64,000 bases of DNA from a virus, in IMG/VR virus record IMGVR_UViG_3300010399_000004, positions 23,740 through 87,739 of that record. One strand, given 5' to 3'. Numbering within the stretch: the first letter of the stretch is position 1; each line of letters begins with the position of its first letter. Positions 28,843-36,446 of this stretch are shown here, piece after piece. A model generated the notes under the pieces. It searched no databases. It was not told the origin of the DNA and saw only the letters and a list, made by a program, of their open reading frames with translations. The translations under genes and the position numbers were made by a program.

Positions 28843-29049
28843 AAGTAGATGGATTTGGATTACGACTCAAGAATACCCCATCTAGATGTTTTGTAAAGTG
28901 AAATTTTTAGGGCAAAAATTTTTCAGCTTCCCGGCTCAAAGTCGGGTTTGAAAAGTTTTCAAATCTGACAAAATCTCGGAAGAAACGCGTTGACGCCCCC
29001 TTCTTTAGTGGCACAATCTACCTTAATCACTTTAATCCTTTTCATTATT

Positions 29050-29397
29050 ATGGCCTGCGGCACTATTGTTGGATCAGCACTCCAGTTTGGGGTATCTGTT
29101 GACGAAGCTTCTCTCGTTACGCAAAGCGTTCGGGCCACTCGAAAAAATGACAAAAAGGAAGCCCGCGATAAATGCGGCATCGTGGTGTCTGTAGCATACT
29201 ACAACCCTACGGCAGACATTGAAATCGAGGGATTGGGAACGTCGGCAGCGGAAGTGGGGGCTGCTTTAGCCCTGAGCGGTGCATTTGGGCTTGGAAGTGG
29301 AAAAATCTGCATTGATGAAATTTCTGTGGAAAAAGGAAATGAGGAATTTACCAAGTCCAGTATCAAAGCTACGCAATATGGCGGCATTGCTGCATAA
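29050..29397 (+). CDS. Putative major tail (tube) protein, unusually short
   Basis: Position before tail chaperone; beta-strand-like composition. Confidence 0.5.
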   Translation: MACGTIVGSALQFGVSVDEASLVTQSVRATRKNDKKEARDKCGIVVSVAYYNPTADIEIEGLGTSAAEVGAALALSGAFGLGSGKICIDEISVEKGNEEFTKSSIKATQYGGIAA

Positions 29398-29482
29398 TTG
29401 AAAACTTTTCAAACTCTGTGCCGTCGCATTCTTTGTGGTGCGACAGACGCCTGGCTCTCTTATATGTGTCCGGGTAATTCAA

Positions 29483-29959
29483 ATGAACAGACAATCTACT
29501 ACAACGAATCCGCAGCCCCTTCCTGATACCTACGGCGATACGCTGGAGCCAGGAACCGAGGTTATATTCGTGGGAGATAAAAGACTGGCGGCTGCGCTTA
29601 TCGCTGTTGGGGTTCATCTTCGGAAGGACCCTCCATATGTTCAGGTAATACGTCCGGACGGTTCCACGCAGACGATATTTCATTTTCTACCATTGGATTC
29701 GGACGGAGTTCTTAACACAACGGAGCTTATCAAAGCGTGGGGGCAGGACCTTGATTTTATCCAAGCCAACCCCCTTCACCCCTTTACCTTTGCAATGTGT
29801 GCTCTGCGCAATTACCAGAGTATATTGGAGCATTTGCAAAACGATGTTCCCTGGGTCCAATTTGAAGGTATGAAGGATGGAAAGAAAGTGAACCTTCTCG
29901 TTAAGAAGGGGAGCAGGAAAGAGGAAGCCGCCCGCAAACGTGGGTTGCGCCAATTTTGA
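29483..29959 (+). CDS. Hypothetical protein
   Basis: ORF; stop inside palindrome. Confidence 0.6.
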   Translation: MNRQSTTTNPQPLPDTYGDTLEPGTEVIFVGDKRLAAALIAVGVHLRKDPPYVQVIRPDGSTQTIFHFLPLDSDGVLNTTELIKAWGQDLDFIQANPLHPFTFAMCALRNYQSILEHLQNDVPWVQFEGMKDGKKVNLLVKKGSRKEEAARKRGLRQF

Positions 29960-29986
29960 AAACTTTTCAAATATACACCTATACCT

Positions 29987-30490
29987 ATGAGTAAATCTAC
30001 CATAAAAAAACTTTCCCCCGCTGAAAGTGAATTGAACGAAATAGTTGCTGGGTCGGCTTATCCTGAGCAGTCCGAACAAAGCATTCACGACTCCCGAGTT
30101 GAGGATGCCATGTTGCCGGGGTTTGAGGATACGTTAAGTATGGCAGGAATTGATTTGGAGCATATGAGCTTGACCACTATGACCTGGTTGCGCCGGGCCG
30201 GGTCTTGTTTTGTTACAGGTGTCAATACTTCGGAGGAAGGAGTAATTGTGCGGGATACCGGGATGTTCCTCTTGGCACATAATAAAAGAATTCCATTTAA
30301 GGACCGCTCCCGCCTTTTCCGAAAAGCGGGGGATGAATTGGAAGATGCTATTGATGAGCTTTTGCACCGTGTTCGCATCAGCGATGCCTCCCCGCTGTTT
30401 AAGGCTTTGGCTGAATATGTAAGAACCGAAACAGCTACTCTGGCTACCCCAGAAAAAGAAGATGGGGATAATGAAATGGGAAACGGATAG
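29987..30490 (+). CDS. Tail assembly chaperone (G-like)
   Basis: Precedes tape measure; ends at slippery G GGA AAC. Confidence 0.75.
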   Translation: MSKSTIKKLSPAESELNEIVAGSAYPEQSEQSIHDSRVEDAMLPGFEDTLSMAGIDLEHMSLTTMTWLRRAGSCFVTGVNTSEEGVIVRDTGMFLLAHNKRIPFKDRSRLFRKAGDELEDAIDELLHRVRISDASPLFKALAEYVRTETATLATPEKEDGDNEMGNG

Positions 30491-30678
30491 GACCTCCCTT
30501 CCTGACCTGGATTTCATCCATTGTGGCGGGGGAGGCCAGAGTATCCATCGAAGAAGCTATGAGTATGCGCCTCCTTCTTGTATTCTCTTATCATCATTGC
30601 TGGATGGCTAAACAGGGGATAAAATGTAAGTTGTCGCGAGGTTCGGAATCCCTTGAAGAGTTCATGTTTTTGAAGTAA
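30478..30678 (+). CDS. -1 frameshift extension (GT-like) of tail chaperone
   Basis: Heptamer GGGAAAC at 30478-30484; -1 frame open to TAA 30676-30678. Confidence 0.8.
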   Translation, partial: GKRIGPPFLTWISSIVAGEARVSIEEAMSMRLLLVFSYHHCWMAKQGIKCKLSRGSESLEEFMFLK

Positions 30679-30691
30679 TAAACTTACACAA

Positions 30692-32566
30692 ATGGCCGAC
30701 AGCATACTCATATCCGTTCTTGGCGATATTACCGATGTTCGGAGAAAGTTTGCTCTGCTTCATCGGGACATAGCTGGATTGGGGGATGGGATATCTGAGA
30801 GGTTGAAATCTTCTTTTACGGGGGTAGGGGTAGCGGTTACGGCTATCGCTACGGGGGTTGCTGGAATAGTGGGCAGCGTTCTTCTAATCAAGCGGGGGCT
30901 CTCCGAAGCCGCGCAGGCAGAAACCCTTACGGCGCAGTTTGAAACGCTTCTGGGAAGCGCGGAGGCGGCAAAGAAACGCTTTGCTGACTTAGTTCAGTTT
31001 TCCCAGCAGACTCCCTTCAATCTTATTCAGGTTGCCGAGGGAAATCGGACATTGGAAACTCTTACTAGGGGGGCGTTGTCAGGCAAGCAGGGAATGCAGT
31101 TGGTAGCGGATGCCGCTACTATAACAGGAGAGCCTTTTCAGCGTTTAGCTTTGCATATCGGCCGCGTTTACGACGGTTTGATGAATGGTCGCCCAGTTGG
31201 GGCATCTATTCGACGTTTGCAGGTTCTTGGTATTGTTTCTTCGGAGACTAGAAATAAGATCGAAGATTTACAGAAAGCCGGCAAATCGGGTAATGTCGTA
31301 TGGCAGGTAGCTGCAAAAGAGATAGGAAAATTTTCCGGTAATACAGAACGACAATTCCATACCTGGTCGGGGCAAGCAGAAGCTTTAGGAGAAAATATAT
31401 CTGCTTTGTTCCGGGCATTCGGGGAACCGATTATGAATGTGCTCAAGCCCATTCTTGGTGACGCTGTAAAGACTACGGATGGGTTGGTGCCTGCCGCTAA
31501 GGCTGCGGGGGAAGCTGTGGCTGTAGCGATAGGACGTTTGATGCAGGCTGGGAAAATGATGATTGATCTTTTCCGGTCCGGGGATTTGGCCGGTGTGGCA
31601 TTTACTGCTCTGTCTTTGGGATTCAAGAAAGCGATTAATGTTCTTGTAAATGGTTTAGCTCTCGCGGTTGATTTATTCAAAGCGCATGTTGTAGGAGTAT
31701 TTAATACATTCTCTGATCCGGAAGCCTGGATGGCTATGTGGGAAATATTCCGCGGGGCCGGAGCAATATTGGTAGGGGCGGGGGCTACATTAATAGCGGG
31801 ATTGATAGAAGGGGGCCGACTGTTTGTTGATCCTGTTGTTACTGCTTTTGTATTTGTAGGAAACAAGCTCATCGCCTCCTTTGAAATAGCGGTAGCTACT
31901 TTGAAAGCGGGTATGCTGGGGGCAGCTAAAGAGTTTTTGGAATTCATCAATGACGCTCCTTTGATTGGGGGAAATGATGAAACTATTGAGAGTCTTGATA
32001 ATGGATTGCAGACGGCTCTCTTTGATTTAGATAAAGCCTTTAATAAGATAACGGAATCGTGGGGGGATACCATGAATGGTGTAACTAAAACTATAGACAG
32101 TTCGATTCCAAAATTGAAAACATTCGGCAACGATGTTTTTGATATGGGAAAAGATGATCTAAACGAAGGTTATAATAACCTCGGAAAGATTAATGGAAAT
32201 GCTTATTTGAAAAGCATGGCCGATGCTATTAATTCCCATAAAAAGGTAACCTTGTTTGATGAGAGTCGGGAGAAAAACATTCTGTCTGAACGGCTTGGTA
32301 AATTTTTTGGTGATATAGATACAAGCTCCAAAGGATTGCCTGGAGTAAAAAAAGGAAATGCTCTTGGAGATGAAATAGATGATATGGTTTCAGGGATGTT
32401 TGAAGCCGTTGGGGATTCTATTACTTCTGTTGGCGGAGGCGGAGGAATCTTCGGTGGAAGCAATATCGCTGCGGATCAACTGACTGTGCAGCGCAGTATG
32501 GATACTCGTCTTGCATCAATTCAGGGCATGCTTGAGAAACAACAACCTTTAACCGTTCGCGTCTAA
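30692..32566 (+). CDS. Tape measure protein
   Basis: FETLLGSAEAAK..L..F...TPF domain; Ala/Gly-rich helices. Confidence 0.9.
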   Translation: MADSILISVLGDITDVRRKFALLHRDIAGLGDGISERLKSSFTGVGVAVTAIATGVAGIVGSVLLIKRGLSEAAQAETLTAQFETLLGSAEAAKKRFADLVQFSQQTPFNLIQVAEGNRTLETLTRGALSGKQGMQLVADAATITGEPFQRLALHIGRVYDGLMNGRPVGASIRRLQVLGIVSSETRNKIEDLQKAGKSGNVVWQVAAKEIGKFSGNTERQFHTWSGQAEALGENISALFRAFGEPIMNVLKPILGDAVKTTDGLVPAAKAAGEAVAVAIGRLMQAGKMMIDLFRSGDLAGVAFTALSLGFKKAINVLVNGLALAVDLFKAHVVGVFNTFSDPEAWMAMWEIFRGAGAILVGAGATLIAGLIEGGRLFVDPVVTAFVFVGNKLIASFEIAVATLKAGMLGAAKEFLEFINDAPLIGGNDETIESLDNGLQTALFDLDKAFNKITESWGDTMNGVTKTIDSSIPKLKTFGNDVFDMGKDDLNEGYNNLGKINGNAYLKSMADAINSHKKVTLFDESREKNILSERLGKFFGDIDTSSKGLPGVKKGNALGDEIDDMVSGMFEAVGDSITSVGGGGGIFGGSNIAADQLTVQRSMDTRLASIQGMLEKQQPLTVRV

Positions 32567-33357
32567 TGTCTGTCTTATATATAACGGTTGGCAATCAGCT
32601 TACTACGCTTATTGAAGGTCCGGATTCTTCTTTGGACCTGGATGAGAATGGAAAAGTGACCGCTATCGTAAATTACAAAACAAAACGTCAGATGGCACTT
32701 ATAGTTGCTTTGCGTTCTGCCCGGCATCCGGATTATCCCATGCTGGTGCGCAAAACTATCAATATACAATTTGAGCCTCCTGATTGGGCTAACGTATCGG
32801 TGAAATTTGAGGGGGCTGTTACGTCCAGCGCAGAGACAGAGCCTGGGGTAAAAAAAACCTATTCAATATCAGGAACCACTGGCAATGAGCCTATCGAAAC
32901 GCATGAACAATTTCCCACCTTCGGAGGAAAACCACCTACAGGTAAAAAAGGCACAAACGATAAAGGAGCTACATTTGATGATGCCGGAAAGTTCACTGGA
33001 TTTGCGGTTCAGGATATAGATAATGATTTAGATTATTACGGCACTGATCCAAATTTGAATCTGGCGGGGGTTCGATCTTATTTAGCTCCCGGAGTTATAT
33101 ATACAGAAACAGCAACATATAACGGAGCGGGGAGAGCAGATGCTCCCTCTAATCTGGATAATTTAGGAAAGATAGATACGCCGCCCAGCAGTCCCCTTCT
33201 CCCTTCTTTATCTGGCCCTGCAAACTGGTTACTAGTTTCCTTTGAAGCGGGGGATGTGGGGGATGGTGTGCAGGTAAGACGTTCCTGGAGAGCTTCCGGC
33301 CCTCGGGGATGGAATGCATTAATTTATGCCCCTGGGCTTGGTATTCCTACTCCGTAA
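32566..33357 (+). CDS. Putative distal tail/baseplate protein
   Basis: Follows TMP; EPIETH.F motif. Confidence 0.55.
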   Translation: MSVLYITVGNQLTTLIEGPDSSLDLDENGKVTAIVNYKTKRQMALIVALRSARHPDYPMLVRKTINIQFEPPDWANVSVKFEGAVTSSAETEPGVKKTYSISGTTGNEPIETHEQFPTFGGKPPTGKKGTNDKGATFDDAGKFTGFAVQDIDNDLDYYGTDPNLNLAGVRSYLAPGVIYTETATYNGAGRADAPSNLDNLGKIDTPPSSPLLPSLSGPANWLLVSFEAGDVGDGVQVRRSWRASGPRGWNALIYAPGLGIPTP

Positions 33358-33363
33358 TTCTTT

Positions 33364-34992
33364 ATGCCTGCCCCCCGCATACAAATCAATCACGATGGGC
33401 TGCAAAAAGCATTCAATGCTTTAGCGGATTATTTGGATTCTAAAGAAAAAGGAGGGGGAAGTATATCGCTTACCGGAGATGATGTAATTGAAGGTCTGCC
33501 TGGTAAATTTTCTATTGCTTCACAAGCTAAAGATTCTGAACTTGGAGGCATATGGCAGCTTAGGAGAAATAAAGACAAACTCTATATTTCTCCTGGATAT
33601 GTGCATGTCTATACGTCGGGGGGTTCAAAACTTGCGGCGGTTTATCCACCTGATCTTGAAAACGTATCTGTATTTAACTCAATCCGCCCCTTCTGGAATC
33701 TTCCTTTAGCCGAGGAAGAAACATATAAAGTGTATTTGGTAGTTGCTCCGGAAGAGGATGACGGGAATCCTACGGAGGAGACAGGAACCGTTACGGGGGC
33801 TGATCCCAACACAGGTGCGGGTCCATCCAGTTCAGCTACCGCGGCATGGCTGGAGCTTATGCTATCTTCTGTTTCTACGGAAGATGTATTTCCGGAAGAT
33901 GCCAAGGTTATTCTGCTTCATAAGTTTTCTACGAATGCGGAGGGGTATCCAATTTTTTCTGATTCAACCCAAAAACTGTTTTCAGAGCCAGTCATTGTGC
34001 CTGATGTGATACGCTGGTGTCATATTACACAAGCGAGCGTGGACACAGTCACAGAGGAGGAAGGAAGCGGAACGACGGGGACTGTAAATATAGCGGAGGG
34101 GTGTGTTATGGTAGGTGATGCGGGGGCAGTAGATGAAACAGACCCAGTCCCTTCTAAAGTCTTAACGAGATTAATTGTAGATGATGTTTTTTTGCCCGCG
34201 GAGCTGGAAGATGCGGAAGTTGTTCACGAAGATAAAATCTATGTTAAGTTAACCTATACAGTAAATGAATATGGCGATACTTCGACAGTTCGACTTTTGG
34301 AATGCACCAGTGCAGAATACTTAATTACTAGTTCTGCGCCGGAAGACGATGATACCGCGTCTCACATTCTAATAGGGGAGATTTCTATTGTGGATGGAGT
34401 AATGACAATTGAGCATCATTGGCCGGGTGTTATTACTGCGCCAACGTTAACCCTGCCTGTCGAGGGCACGGATGATGCAGCGATTTCTCAATCTTGTTAT
34501 TGGGCAGCGGAGATTATTGCCCCAGGAGCTATTAGCATAGGAAGAGGTCTTTTGATCTATTGGGAATACTATTGGGTTACAGAAACACTTTCTTCTGTAA
34601 CTCAGGGTTTGATAACGTCTTTCGCAGAAACCGGAGGCACTCCAAGTGCATCTGATATTCAGGTAGGAGTGGCAGTAGACCCTATAGCAGATGGAGATTT
34701 TGTATGGCTGTCGGTGCCCGTAGGCTGGGCGTCTCGACAGGTTCTTACCAGTGAATATACCGCGGCTGAACCAAATCACCATCATGAATACTACGAAGAT
34801 TACAGTCGGATAAATTTAAGCGGTGATGCTCCTTTTCTTGATTTTGGGGATGAATTACCTGCTCCCGTTGAGGGTGGGGATACCATATACCCGATAGGGC
34901 AATATGTTAATTCTACTACTTGGGTTCAATTTCATATAGGTGCTCTTATTATTCCGTCGTTCGCTACGAATAATAGCACACCCAATGAGTAG
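33364..34992 (+). CDS. Putative tail tip protein (acidic, internally repeated)
   Basis: Synteny; repeated I..G...VYL..I.IG modules. Confidence 0.55.
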   Translation: MPAPRIQINHDGLQKAFNALADYLDSKEKGGGSISLTGDDVIEGLPGKFSIASQAKDSELGGIWQLRRNKDKLYISPGYVHVYTSGGSKLAAVYPPDLENVSVFNSIRPFWNLPLAEEETYKVYLVVAPEEDDGNPTEETGTVTGADPNTGAGPSSSATAAWLELMLSSVSTEDVFPEDAKVILLHKFSTNAEGYPIFSDSTQKLFSEPVIVPDVIRWCHITQASVDTVTEEEGSGTTGTVNIAEGCVMVGDAGAVDETDPVPSKVLTRLIVDDVFLPAELEDAEVVHEDKIYVKLTYTVNEYGDTSTVRLLECTSAEYLITSSAPEDDDTASHILIGEISIVDGVMTIEHHWPGVITAPTLTLPVEGTDDAAISQSCYWAAEIIAPGAISIGRGLLIYWEYYWVTETLSSVTQGLITSFAETGGTPSASDIQVGVAVDPIADGDFVWLSVPVGWASRQVLTSEYTAAEPNHHHEYYEDYSRINLSGDAPFLDFGDELPAPVEGGDTIYPIGQYVNSTTWVQFHIGALIIPSFATNNSTPNE

Positions 34993-35037
34993 AAGGCGGC
35001 GCAACGATGCAAACTTGACCCCTTGGTAGAGCGTATA

Positions 35038-35412
35038 ATGATTGATAATATATCTCACCTTTGGACGGTTCTCCATGTAAAGGCTGCGGGTTGGTTAGAT
35101 GTTCCGGAGTCGGAGGATATTTTAGAGATGCAACAATGGTTGATCTACTTTGAGAGTAAGTTTCCTGTCGGCTGTCCATGTAAAAAAGAATGGCGGGAAG
35201 CCATCGAATTATGCCCACCTCCTTTACAGGAAGGGCGGGAAGCTTTTTTCCAATGGACTATAGCGTTACATGATCGAATCAATGTTCTGTTGGGGAAACC
35301 GATTTGGGTAGAAACTTCAAAGCAACATATTCTTTTGACTTCTCTATTTGCTGACCCCCGATTTGCGCATAGAGAAGCAGACTCGGCGGTGCATAAAGAA
35401 ATTGGGATTTGA
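35038..35412 (+). CDS. Erv1/Alr-like FAD sulfhydryl oxidase candidate
   Basis: LWTVLH...PVGCPC...FQWTIALHDRINVLLGKP. Confidence 0.7.
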   Translation: MIDNISHLWTVLHVKAAGWLDVPESEDILEMQQWLIYFESKFPVGCPCKKEWREAIELCPPPLQEGREAFFQWTIALHDRINVLLGKPIWVETSKQHILLTSLFADPRFAHREADSAVHKEIGI

Positions 35413-35447
35413 CGCCCCGCCTTCCCGTTGTAGGATGCTTAAACAAA

Positions 35448-35750
35448 ATGGCATTCTTTAATTCACTTTCTGCGGCCATTACGGCGGTTGCCAACGCCCT
35501 TGCAGCCCGCGAGCATAATGTATCATTGAGAATGTTAACTGAAATTGGAAATTCTTTATATGAAGCCAAAAAGGAAATACTCAATCTTCATGATGGTGCT
35601 GCTAATGAGCGGGATATTGATCTTGCAGAGTTGCGCCTCCAAGCTCTCGAAGAGCAAGAGCGACGCATTCTCTCCGCCGCCGCCCGCACCGCGTCTGTTG
35701 ACGCTCCCGGAGTCGTTCCGCCCAAAGCCATACCAGTCAGTGATCAGTGA
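35448..35750 (+). CDS. Putative i-spanin (Rz-like)
   Basis: Hydrophobic N-terminus, coiled coil, overlapped by lipoprotein ORF. Confidence 0.5.
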   Translation: MAFFNSLSAAITAVANALAAREHNVSLRMLTEIGNSLYEAKKEILNLHDGAANERDIDLAELRLQALEEQERRILSAAARTASVDAPGVVPPKAIPVSDQ

Positions 35751-35838
35751 AGAAGGGGAGTGGATAACGCAGCCGGGAGAAGTTTGGTGGAGCCACAAGG
35801 CCTACATGGATCAGGTTGCTAAAAGATTCATTCCCTGA
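35590..35838 (+). CDS. Putative o-spanin lipoprotein (Rz1-like)
   Basis: Lipobox-like ILQSC, Pro-rich, overlapping in another frame. Confidence 0.6.
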   Translation: MMVLLMSGILILQSCASKLSKSKSDAFSPPPPAPRLLTLPESFRPKPYQSVISEEGEWITQPGEVWWSHKAYMDQVAKRFIP

Positions 35839-35892
35839 GTGATTGACTTTATCCCCCGCGGAATGTAATCTCGGTTTGAAAACTTTTCAAAC

Positions 35893-36018
35893 ATGAATGC
35901 CAATGCTTTGACCCTGGAAGAATTGAATACGAGCGTAGCTGCTGGCAATGAACCGGAAGCCAACGACTCTATTGCCGTCCTGCTGGCTAAACTGATAAAT
36001 GCTCTTCTTGCCGTATGA
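35893..36018 (+). CDS. 41-aa protein paralogous to the N-terminus of the next gene
   Basis: NALTLEEL..DSIAVLLAKL vs NHLTANEL..DSIPVLLGKV. Confidence 0.5.
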   Translation: MNANALTLEELNTSVAAGNEPEANDSIAVLLAKLINALLAV

Positions 36019-36446
36019 ATCACCTTACCGCAAATGAATTGGCTACGCAGGTAGAGACTAATGCTACCCCGCAAGCGCTGGATTCTATACCCGTTCTTTT
36101 GGGGAAAGTATTGCTTGCAGTTGCAGAAATTGAAACTGCCTCCCCTTCCTGGGATGATCAGGAAATAACTACCCTTGCGGCAGTTAATCAAGGCGATCCA
36201 ATTACTGCTACGGGATTGTCTCATACCCCTATCGGAAGGATTGATGTATATAATACCGGGGGTCAACGGTGGAGAATAGGGGATGGGGTAAAAACCAAAG
36301 ATATTTACTTTTCAGGAAATGGAGGGACAACAGCCCGCGCTCATGCGGCTATTGTTTTGGGGGATATTCCATATCTCGGAACAACAGGAGCAGACGCTGG
36401 CGGGGTCCCTTCCGGAGAAGCAATTTCAATATGTTACAATCAATGA
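36015..36446 (+). CDS. Hypothetical virion-like protein
   Basis: ORF coupled by ATGA overlaps. Confidence 0.6.
   Translation: MNHLTANELATQVETNATPQALDSIPVLLGKVLLAVAEIETASPSWDDQEITTLAAVNQGDPITATGLSHTPIGRIDVYNTGGQRWRIGDGVKTKDIYFSGNGGTTARAHAAIVLGDIPYLGTTGADAGGVPSGEAISICYNQ

Noticed and set aside
31168-32130. 320-aa minus-strand ORF
   Set aside because: Antisense shadow of the tape measure gene; no promoter or motifs
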